A stretch of DNA of 63,011 nucleotides, the filler included, from Klebsormidium nitens (taxonomy: Eukaryota; Plantae; Klebsormidiophyceae), in the NCBI GenBank assembly GCA_000708835.1. It is 7 parts of 7 records of this genome, joined end to end, with 100 filler letters (N's around TTAATTAATTAA, not from the genome) between each part and the next. Parts side by side here need not be neighbours in the genome. Positions count along the whole stretch, not along the records: positions 10,319 to 17,718 come from DF238328.1; positions 17,819 to 41,375 come from DF237871.1; 5 more parts are not named here. One strand, written 5' to 3'. The first letter of the stretch is position 1. Every line of letters starts with the position of its first letter. Of this stretch, positions 10,583 through 21,100 are shown piece after piece. The notes under the pieces are model-generated. The model worked only from the letters and a program-made list of their open reading frames with translations. It made no database searches and had not been told where the DNA came from. A program made the translations under genes and the position numbers.

Positions 10583-12687
10583 CAAATTCTCGATTGTAGT
10601 CCCCACAAAGCAAAAGAGCGAGGTGGCCAAGGTCACTTGGCACATGGTCAACAGATTGGAATTGCAATCGGGGAAGAAGCTCAAGTCGGTGCGGACGGAT
10701 CGGGGCGAGAAATACGTCAACAAGGCCCTTGAAGATGTACGTTTTCGGGAGCAAGGGGACGGTACAAGAGAAAATGGCCCCCTATAGCGCCGAGCAGAAT
10801 GGGTCGGCGGACCGGCTTAAGCGGGAGTCGTAAGAGAAGACACGGGCAATGCTTGAGGACTTAGGGTTGGCCAAAGAGTTGTGAACGGAAGCCGTGGTGA
10901 GGGCGAACTACACCCCGAATCGGACGCTAGTGAGCGTCCATGGGAGGACAGCCTGGGAAGTTTTCTTCAGTAAAAGCCGAATCTTGGGCATATGAGGGTT
11001 TTTGGGGCCCAAGCGTTTCGCCACGTTCCCAAGCGGCGAAGGCGTAAGCTAGATCCGGTGAGCGAGCGATGTGTGTTCCTTGGATCATCTCCGGGGACGT
11101 CATCCTTGATGAGGGAATCGGGGGAGATGGGGTTGTCGAGCTTGGCTCCGATCCCACGGACGGTTCCCAGATGGCGGAGGGCCACGGCGCACACGGAGAC
11201 CCAAGAGGGACCCAAACATAATCTCTGCGCGAGGGCGACGCGGCCGCGCGCGCGCACGAGGACCTGCGGCCGCCGCGCGCGAATTCACAAACGGGCCAAA
11301 TGAGGGCAAGTCTGAAACTGTGCGCAAGACCAGGGCAGAGGCGGAAGAAATTGAGATAGAGGATTCCGATTGAGGAGGACATTCTCTATCTCTATCTCTG
11401 TCTCTCTCTATATCCTCCTCAATCGGAATCCTCTATCGGAATCCTCCTCAATCGGAATCCTCTATCCCGTAAATGAGCGTGTCCTCGTGCGCGCGCGGTC
11501 GAGGAGTGGTACCGCGCTAACTTAGCGGCGGAACGGAAAGCGGGGAAGCACCCCAAAAAGACGTGGAAGCATCCAAAACCGCTGACTTATCAGAAAACCG
11601 TAGAGGGAGAAGAGAGTGAACTATGGCGGAAGTCAATGGACGAGGAGATACGGACTTTGTTGGAAAACGGGACCTGGGAGCTCGTTGAAAAACCGGAAGG
11701 GGTAAAGGCGGTTCCCATGAAGTGGGTTTACAAGATAAAGCGGGACGCTCTCGGAAATGTGGAGCGGTACAAGTCCCGGTCGGTGGCGAAAGGGTACCTG
11801 CAAAAGCAGGGAATTGACTTTGAGGAAGTCTACGCCCCAGTGAGCAAGCACACGACTTTGCGTCCGCTATTGGCGGTGGTCGCGGAGCGTGACTTCGAGC
11901 TGCACCAGCTAGATGTTAGACGGCGTTCCTCAATGGGGCGTTGGAGAAGGGGATCTACATGCAGCAGCTGCAGGGAGACGAGCAAGGCGGGCCCACCATG
12001 GTTTGCCACCTCAAGCGCACCTTGTACGGGTTGCGCCAGGCGCCGCGTGCATGGCACATGCGCCTGAAGGAGGAGCTCGGGAACTTTGAATTTGTGGCGT
12101 CAATGGCGGACGCGGCGCTCTTCATGGAAGTAGTAGCCGGGGAGCGGGTCTACCTAGTGGTGTGGGTGGACGACATCCTAGTGGCGGCTCGGGGAGCGGA
12201 CCGCATTGCCAAAGTAAAGGCGCATTTGGGGAAGAAGTTCGATGTGCGCGACTGGGGGAAGGCGAAATACTTCCTCGGCATGGAGCTGACGCGCAATAGG
12301 GAGGCGAGAACTTTGAAGCTAATCCAGAAGAAGCTGAAGGGGGAGCTTGTTGGACGGTACGGACTAGCGAGCGCTTGGGCGCGCTCGGTCCCTCTCGAAA
12401 CGGGGGACAAATCAACCAAAGAAGGTGAACCCCTCGAGACAAAGCGGTTTCCCAACAGTGAGTGCGTGGGGAGCTTGTTGTACTTGAGTGTGTGCACTCG
12501 ACCCGACATTGCACAGGCAGTTGGCGCGCTTGCGCGCTTTATGGCGGGGCCGACGGAGGAGCAGTGGCGGGCGGCGCTTGGAGTTGTGCGCTACCTAGCG
12601 GGTACGGCAGAGGACGGGGTAACCTTTGGGGGGAGTGGAGCAGAGAGACTCTCATCGCTTATTGCGACGCGGATTATGCGGGTGACG
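10583..12687 (+). mobile_element. Degraded Ty1/copia pol fragment: integrase core, linker, RT, start of RNase H
   Basis: KKLKSVRTDRG and SAEQNG (integrase); GTWELVEKPEGVKAVPMKWVYKIK..ERYKSR..AKGYLQKQGIDFEEVYAPV and VWVDDIL (copia RT); CDADYAGD (RNase H start). Contains stops and frameshifts. Confidence 0.95.
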
Positions 12688-12846
12688 TGTTGTACGGTAT
12701 AGAAAGAAAATCTCGGACTTACTAGGTGACGGTCCACTAAGCCTACTAGGCTAGAGTGTAGGTCTAGAAATAGGCAGTGCTCGGAACCGTGTACATTGTG
12801 TGAACCTGATTGATTGAGTATCACTTTCAACAACGCTGTGTTTCAA
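12688..12846 (+). repeat. LTR-like repeat A, copy 2 (TGTTG...TTTCAA)
   Basis: Begins TGTTG directly after the RNase H codons and is homologous to 10,319-10,466. Confidence 0.8.
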
Positions 12847-13108
12847 TTGAAGCATCTCGTAGAATGAAAGTCAACAATATAACAACACCTTAGGTCACTC
12901 TATTTCCGTAGCTCTTCCTCTAGCCAATGTCGTATCTTCTTCCACCGCCCGATGGTTGATCTAGACGTATGGACTCTTTTCTAACGAACCGCTCACTTTA
13001 CCAGTTCTAATTCGACCCTATTTCCAAGTCGGTATCGGTACTTTTTGTGATTCTCGCTTAACCACTCGAGTCAATTCACATAAAAGATTGACGATCCGAG
13101 TCAACACG

Positions 13109-13609
13109 TGTTGAAACTCATGGTAAGGAGTCGTAGTGTAGTTGAGATACTCGTCATCGGGTCTTATCGTGTTGCCCGGCACCCATGCTCATCACTTATT
13201 GATGGCAGCCATGCATCCGAAGAGGAACACCGAAGCGCCTCAAAAGCGACTTCCTTCTCTCCACGATCTTCTCTTAGAATGATTTATCACAATAGCGTTT
13301 CTCACCACGATTGTCTCACGGATCCCTCCCCTTCCACTAGGCTCACTAGCCTGCTAGGCTCACTAGCCTCAGTCATCGTCTACTAGGCTCACTAGTCTAG
13401 CTCACAGTCACACTCAATGCTAGCCTTCGATATCCTCATCTTCGGCTAACACTGACGGCCGCTCTCAACCGCCTAACCTCCAAACCGCCTAACGGTTTAA
13501 CCGTCCAACCGCCATACACGCACGTCGGCGTTCACTAGTTCAAACCCTAACTCGGGCGGAACCCTAATCACACAGTAATTCGGCTGACCATAATCACCGA
13601 ATTCTAACG
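13109..13609 (-). repeat. LTR-like repeat B (~500 bp, (T/C)GTTAGAAT...TTTCAACA)
   Basis: Its reverse complement aligns with 15,081-15,292. It has TG..CA-type termini and internal CTAGGCTCACTAG tandem motifs. Confidence 0.75.
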
Positions 13610-13637
13610 CTCCCACTCAGACGGATTACTCTAGACT

Positions 13638-15066
13638 CTAACTCGTCACGCTCCTCTTGCGGGCTGTCTTCTTCGCCTTAAGCGTCATCCACACGCCTCC
13701 ACTCTCGCCATCGTCGCTTTTCTCCGGCGACGTCTTCTCCACTCCGTGCTCCGGCTCTTCGGCTCCCACGGCTTCCGTTGCTGCTCCCACATTTGCCCAA
13801 TACCACTCGGCGGGCTCCCGTTGCACTCTCGCGGGATATCTTCCCAAGTCTTGGGACTCCACTACAGGCTTCTCCTGTACCTGTTCCACATCGCCGGGCT
13901 CACTCTCTACCGCCGTCCCTAGGGTCTCCTTGCCCTTTCCGCTCTCCTCGGACTCCTCCACAAGTTCGCGCACAACTTCCACAATCGGCCCACATTGGCC
14001 CACTTTTGTATCTGTGCGCGCGACGCGGCCGCGGTCCGTCGCGGGCGCGTGCGCGACCTCTTCGCGCATCACTTCAAACTCCGCCCCTCTTCCGACCATT
14101 TTTGAACCTGTGCGCGGCCCTTCGTCCGCCCCCACAAAAGTTTCCCACTCTCGTTCGACGCCCCAATTATCGTCGTCCGACTCGTCTAGGTCGACCTCCA
14201 CGACCTTCACCGTCTTTTTCACCACGCTTTCCGCTCTTACCGGCCTCTTTGCCGTAGCGCACACCCTGTTCCCCTTGACCGGACCCCTCGCAAGGAATGC
14301 CCTCTGCTTCCCCACGGTCTCAATCTCCCACAGTCCTCCACGCTTGACTGCCTCCATACGGAGCACATTGTCCATCATCAATCTGCGCGATTCTCCCCTC
14401 GAGCACCACTCGTGCTCCCGCGTCAGTCGCTCTACTTAGCGAGAACAAACCTGCTTGTGCCCTCGGAGCGTGCCGGACCTCCTTCAAGGTTACCGTACTC
14501 ACACCGCTCGGAATCTTACACTTAAGCTCCACTTCTTCAATGCCTACCGCTATCAGAGACTCACCACAAATCCCGAAAATCTTCTCTTCACGCACAAGCT
14601 CTTTGTAGCTCGTGAACTGGCTCCGATCGGCCGTGACATGCTGGGTGCTGCCCGAATCGACAATCCACACCCCTTTGCGCACATCCCCGTCGTCGCCCCA
14701 CGCCGTAAAGGCTACCCCGTTTGCATCCCCGGCAGACTCTCTCTCTTCTGCGCGGCCACTTGCGCGCGCACTCTGCCTACACACTGCCTCTGTGTGGCCC
14801 GTCTTGCCGCACTTGCGGCACTCGGCATCGCGCAACCTGCACTTTGCCTTCAAATGGCCCACATTGCCAGAATAGCACGTTGACGGGTTTGAGCTCTCGC
14901 CTCTGCCCTCCGAGCTTCTTCCCTGCTCGTTTGAGCTTCCCGGGCCCTTCTCTGAGCTCGAGTAGCCTCTATGCTTGGCAGCATACGCCACTGCTCCATC
15001 TCCACCCAAAATCCCGTCTACGGACCCCGCTTCAGCCCTCAACTTTAGCTTCTGCTCTCTTTGCAT
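13638..15066 (-). mobile_element. Ty1/copia gag (two CCHC knuckles), protease, pre-integrase and linker fragment; integrase core deleted
   Basis: CYSGNVGHLKAKC, CRKCGKTGHTEAVC, WIVDSGSTQHVT, MDNVLRMEAVKRGGLWEI and RYPARVQREPAEWY. Confidence 0.9.
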
Positions 15067-15080
15067 TAGCTTTGGCTGGA

Positions 15081-15292
15081 TGTTAGAATCCGGTGATTAT
15101 GGTCAGCCGGATTACTCCGTGATTAGGGTTCGGACCGAGTTAGGGTTTGAACTAGTGAGCGCCGGTGTGCGTGCACAGCGGTTAGGCGGTTAACCTTGGA
15201 GGTTAGGCGGTTGAGAGGGCCGCCGATATGGAGCCGTAGATGAGGATATCGATGGCTATGATTGAGTGTGAGTGTGATCTAGGCTAGGTGAG
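15081..15292 (+). repeat. LTR-like repeat B, second copy (runs into gap)
   Basis: TGTTAGAATCCGGTGATTATGGTCAGCCG... is an inverted paralog of 13,609-13,400. Confidence 0.75.
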
Positions 15293-15810
15293 NNNNNNNN
15301 NNNNNNNNNNNNNNNNNNNNNNNNNNNNNNNNNNNNNNNNNNNNNNNNNNNNNNNNNNNNNNNNNNNNNNNNNNNNNNNNNNNNNNNNNNNNNNNNNNNN
15401 NNNNNNNNNNNNNNNNNNNNNNNNNNNNNNNNNNNNNNNNNNNNNNNNNNNNNNNNNNNNNNNNNNNNNNNNNNNNNNNNNNNNNNNNNNNNNNNNNNNN
15501 NNNNNNNNNNNNNNNNNNNNNNNNNNNNNNNNNNNNNNNNNNNNNNNNNNNNNNNNNNNNNNNNNNNNNNNNNNNNNNNNNNNNNNNNNNNNNNNNNNNN
15601 NNNNNNNNNNNNNNNNNNNNNNNNNNNNNNNNNNNNNNNNNNNNNNNNNNNNNNNNNNNNNNNNNNNNNNNNNNNNNNNNNNNNNNNNNNNNNNNNNNNN
15701 NNNNNNNNNNNNNNNNNNNNNNNNNNNNNNNNNNNNNNNNNNNNNNNNNNNNNNNNNNNNNNNNNNNNNNNNNNNNNNNNNNNNNNNNNNNNNNNNNNNN
15801 NNNNNNNNNA

Positions 15811-15950
15811 GTTGGTGGGAGAGAATTGGCCAACATGGAGGGACAAGTTTCAAGCCCTCTTGGAGTATAAGGGGCTCTTTGTGGCCATTGAGCAACCGGA
15901 GTCTGTAGATGGGAAGAAAGCGTCCCATGCAGTTAAAGGATGACTTACTA
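15811..15950 (+). mobile_element. Copia gag N-terminal remnant
   Basis: Translates as LVGENWPTWRDKFQALLEYKGLFVAI, resembling the copia Gag LxGxNY..W..KM.ALL..KGL motif. Confidence 0.55.
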
Positions 15951-16579
15951 AAGAGAACAAAACCTTTAGTATGCACATTCACTCAGTATGTTGTTGAGAA
16001 AAGCAGCCTGATGCAGCTGACAATGGCACAATTGTTAGAGGTTGCACATGAATGCAATTGAAGAAGTATCTACGCTTTGCAGGTTTCATCCTCCTCTAAA
16101 ATACTGACATGAAACTGCAGTTATATTCTTCAATATATGTATTGCACGCCAGTGACGTGACCCAGGATGGCATACCACTGGCGATCTTCACATTATCCAT
16201 AAAAGCACTGAATCGAAGTAATAATTGAGTTTGCCGGGTTGGTTTTCTCGTAACCAAAAACAAGGATGCTGGCCCAATTAGAGGTCTCCCACTTGGAGAG
16301 GATTTGATCATCAGGTTGATACGTTCCTAACCAAGTTTTGGATCCTCCACTCAGTACCGCTCTGCGCTACCTAATCTGTGAAGTGCATGCAATTAGAGCT
16401 CCGCTTCTGATGCAGAAACTAGATCGGGATAAAATAACATACACCGATGATATCGGTTTTACCACATAATGAACACTCAGTGTGGCTTACTGAATCAAGC
16501 TAGTTCAAGCCCGGGCGCGATCGGCTTAAATTTGCGCACAGGCTGCGGCACTCGATTAACCTGGTTCATGAGACGGTCG

Positions 16580-17200
16580 GAGTTGAGGGCTGAAGCGGGA
16601 ATCTCGGAGTGGACTTCGGTGAACATGGGCATATGCCGCCAAGCATAGGGGCTACTCGAGCTCAGAGAAGAGCCGGGAAGCTCGAACGAGTTGGGAAGAT
16701 GCTCGGTGGTGAGGGGCGGAAGCTCAAACCCGCCAATGTGTTATTGTTGTGCCGAAGTGGGCCACATGAGGCAAAATGCAGGTTGCGCGATGCTGAGTGT
16801 CGCAAGTATGAAGAAGGGCCACACAGAAGTGAGAGTGTTTGCAGGGCCCGACGCAAACGGGGTAGCCTTGACGGCGTGGGCTGACGATGGGGATGTGCAC
16901 AAAGAGGTGTGGTTGTCTGATCGGGCAACACACAGCATGACATGCCCGATTGGAGCCAGTTCACGAGCTGCAGAGAGCTCGTGCGGGATGAGAAGACTCT
17001 TGGTTGAATTTGTGATTCGATGGTGTGGAGCTTAAGTGTAAGACCCGAGCGGTGTGAGTACGATAACCTTGAGGGAGGTCCGGCACACTTTGAGGGCACA
17101 AGTGAATCTGTTCGCTTTGACAAGAGCGACTAACGCGGGAGCACGAGTGGTGCTTGAGGGATGAACCACGCAACACAGGACCGCTATGGCGCAACTCGCG
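16580..17200 (+). mobile_element. Second degraded copia gag-knuckle/protease copy, inverted relative to 14.4-15.0 kb
   Basis: Nucleotide paralog of 14,400-15,040 (e.g. GGCTGAAGCGGG, GAGGCAAAATGCAGGTTGCGCGATGC, GTGAGTACG..AACCTTGA), with multiple frameshifts. Confidence 0.85.
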
Positions 17201-18176
17201 AATATAGGTATTTCCGAAGTTTGACAGGCGAGCGCCGCTCGGTTCGATCAACAAATTCTCTATTCTGGTGACCTCCATAGACCTCCGTAAAATCGGTATT
17301 ACTACCTCGGTCGAGTCGAGGTCCCTAGGTAAAATTGTTGAGACTACACGTTGCTGTGAATTTGGACCAAGTGCCGTACGGTACAGATCGTGAAACAGGT
17401 ACCGGCCGAGTCAGATAAACTTCGGAGTTTGAGCACGTCCGTCGATCAAAAACCCTGCGGGTATTATCGATGGTCCGCGATGGCTACTCACTTGGCAATG
17501 GGCTTGAGAAGGCCCCGTTCCAGTGTGACGTTTGGGCTATGGTTAAGTCTAACCGCTCAAACCCACAGATCTAAACGACGCTCACCCATGCAATGGGTAC
17601 GCGACACGTGTCAATCTAAGTCCACTGTCTATTAGCGACACGTGGCACAGTATTAATTAGTCGAAGTAATTGTGACGATTCGAGTCTATGAATCTTCATA
17701 TCGAACTCGTCCCAGTATNNNNNNNNNNNNNNNNNNNNNNNNNNNNNNNNNNNNNNNNNNNNTTAATTAATTAANNNNNNNNNNNNNNNNNNNNNNNNNN
17801 NNNNNNNNNNNNNNNNNNTTATCCTACGACGATCTTGACGGCCCTCGCCGGTTATTCAATGCACGGACGCATCAAGGAAGACAAACCAGAGATTTGTTGG
17901 TGTCAAAAATGGCGGATGTCGAGTGATATATGTCGGTTCTTGAGCTGTCGGCTGCCGGTTCCCTCGAACAAGGCGGTCCGTGGCGTTTTCTTCTGACACT
18001 GGTTGAATAGCGAACGTCAGGAGGAAGCCATGCCTCGAGCAGCGCTGCCAGCATTCACACTAGACCTGTCTGTTTGAATCTTCCCCGAGTGGCAAGGCCT
18101 GTAGTACAGGGCAGGCGCAGCATGATGCAGCAAGGGCGCGTTTGTCGGTCCTTCCAGGCAACAGGGCAGTGCTCGT

Positions 18177-21100
18177 ATGGATCCAGATGCCGCTGATGCC
18201 TATCAGCCACCAGCCAATGAAGAGGATGCAACGCCGTGCGCAGATTTCTCTGGTCGAGCAGCACCACTGGTGAGCGTACATCAGCGGATCTCCTGGCCAG
18301 AGCCACGTGGGTGGCAGGGTCCAACGTCAGTGCCACACCCAAGCAGAAGCTCGCCGTGGCAGCCGGAAGGGGGGCGAGGCAGCTGGCAGTGGGGCCAGAG
18401 CAGAGGGGGCCGGGGCAATGGGGGCCCCGTGAGAGGAGGCCCAGGGAGGGCGTTGAGCCCCGGGCATGAGATACGGCGGTGGCTGTATCACTCCAAGCAA
18501 CGGGGGAAGGTCATTGACGGTGAGCTCCTGGCTGAGCAGGTGTCACATCAGTCGGCAGGGAAGCTAAGTATAGTCGGCGAAAGGGCATCCTTTCCATGCA
18601 GCTACAGTGATGGTTTTGATCCGATCTGAGGGACTACTCGCAGCACATGGAGCTCAAGGATACTGTGCAGCATGCTCTTTGAAAGTACTTTGTGGTCACA
18701 TCATTGAGCAATCACATCAGTGGCATCGTGCTTTGGCCAGTGTAAGCACAGCATTGCAACGCTTCCTGTCGCTTATGCACGCTTTCTTTTTGTGCACGCA
18801 CCTCAAACGTTCACAGCGATCCGTTTGCTGATCTTGCTCACAAGAGAACTGTTCTCCTGACGCGCAGGCTCCTTCCTGGCGGTGTCATACAACATCCTGT
18901 CCAGCCAGCTGGCAGCGGACCATGCCCCGGAGCTGTACTGGCACGTGCCTCCGGCAGTGCTGGCCTGGGAGAACAGGCGGCGTGCCATCCTGCAGGAGCT
19001 GCGACAGCTGGCACCCGACATCATCAGTTTGCAGGTAAGAGCGGAGGATTCATGGTACCCACATGGTGGAGAAGAGGTGCACCGGACGAGTAAGTGGGAA
19101 CCATAGATTGACTTGCGACTCGGTATAAACTGCATTGGAGCTGGAGCACCTGCTTGTTTGGGCTAAAGAATTTCAACATGGTCGACAAAGAGTATGCTAA
19201 AGTTGTTGATAGACACGAGGAATCAAGGTGGGAAATGAAGAGTCTCTTTGCGTCTTGAGACCCACGAGGTTCTCCAACCAAGGAGCTTTCCATGCTGTCA
19301 ACAGCCCTGGGATGCATTTCCTCCTACAGGAGGTGGACCACTTTGACGAGATCCAAGCTGACCTTGCCAGCCTGGGCTATGAGGGCACCTTCAAAGTAAG
19401 CCCGGCAGCCCTCCAATACAGGTGGGGCGTTCCACTCGCATCTGCCTCAGGTTGACTGGTAGCCAGGAAGGTCGTCAAACGGTGTGTGACATAGGGCGTG
19501 CGCGATGCCGGTTTTGTGATTCACCTTCTTAGCAGCTGTAATTGCGTTGCCTGTGCAGGGCAGGACGGGCGCTGAGATGACGGACGGCTGCGCTACCTTT
19601 TGGAAGGCAGACGCGTAAGCCGCCCTTTAGCGTAGGAGACGAACCTTTACGGTGGCACACTCTGCTTCCCATGAGGACAGCCATTGGCGCATGAAGAAGA
19701 TCTCCTCCGGCCACAACGACTTCGTGCGTTGGATGGATACAACTGAGGTCTGTACAGGCATAGTCTCCTGTTCGCGTTTGTCGCACTGCAGTCTGCGAAC
19801 CTGGCGTTGCTCTGCTGCAGCTTCTCCCTGGTGGCTGTGGAGGAGCTCGAGTTCCGGGACCTGAACCTGCGCGAGAACGTCGCACTGCTGGCCGTGCTCA
19901 AGGTGACGCCCTCTCCCTGCGATCCTGCCGCCCCATTCGCTCCGCACAGCAATGACAACATGAGAGCGCTGATGCTATGAGCGCAGGTGCAATTGCGGCC
20001 TTGTCTCTGATGTGAACAACGTTAGTCTCGTCAAGGTTTAAGTTGTGTTCTTGTGATTCTTGGGTCGAGTCCTGATTGTGGTTCCCCGTTGTCCCTGCAG
20101 CATCAGGCGGCTCCAGATGCGCCAGCAAGGTACTGGGCAGCTCTGAAAGCTTGTGCTCCTTTTTGACGCACACTAAACTGATCCCGATTCTGTCAAGGGC
20201 CAAAAATTTTCTTTTCAGAAAGCGACTCTCTCGAAAAGGCTATAAGCATCTGTCTGGTATCGTGCGAAGCTTCTGAAAAGCACCATTTAGGTTTGCAAAG
20301 CTGTGCATCGTCTGTGGGGCCAGGCTCCTGGTGGTGGCCAATACGCACATACTCTTCAACCCCAAGCGCGGCGACATCAAGCTGGCTCAGGTGACTCTCG
20401 CGCTGAATTGCAGAAATAAGGATGCGTCTGTCTCTATACAGTTTGAGTTTTGGCGATGAGTACATAGGTACACATAGTTCCGTGGCAATGGCCTTAATAC
20501 TGCCACATTGACGCTGGCATTGGACAGATGCAGTCGCCCCACGGACTACGACCCTGCGACCACTGCCTTTTCGCAAGCAAGCTGTGCGACTTCCTGCCTG
20601 CTCTAGGTGCTGATTAAAACGCTGCATGGCCCGGTAACGTCTCCCTTCTATTGCTTATCTTCGTTGGTTGACGTCGTCATCTTCCGTGGACGCAGCTGCG
20701 GCATCTATTGGCGCAAGCGCACGAGCTGGCGCAGCAGCACGCGGGCGCGCCAGTCCTGGTCATGGGCGACTTCAACAGCTCCCCCGAGGTGAGGCTCAAG
20801 TGCGGCACTATTGGTCTTGGAAAGACATCAGAGACCCGTCACTTGGGGCATGGTGCTTGAAGAAGACATAGCCGCTGATTCGACCTGCCTGAAATGATCA
20901 AAAGCTGTTCTACTTTGTTGTAAGAAAGGAAGGCCTTCCTCTGACCACCTTGGCGGTGATGCTATTGTGGCACTCGACAGAAAATATCAGAGTCGGATTT
21001 TCCTTGATCGAATTTAGTTTCGAAGACTCGCCCTGATTGAAATTACGCTTCGTAAGTATTTCAATTCGCTCGTCCATGGCTTGCCTTTCCTTCAAATGGT

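Noticed and set aside
11225-11300. Recurrent GCGCGGCCGCG-rich palindromic element (also at ~14,020)
   Set aside because: The two sites are homologous parts of the same copia integrase-RT linker, not an independent insertion.
10319-12846. Intact LTR retrotransposon bounded by the two A repeats
   Set aside because: No gag, PBS, PPT or TSD was found, RNase H is cut mid-domain, and the coding sequence is heavily degraded.
15256-15982. Long ORFs across the N gap
   Set aside because: They consist almost entirely of X residues.
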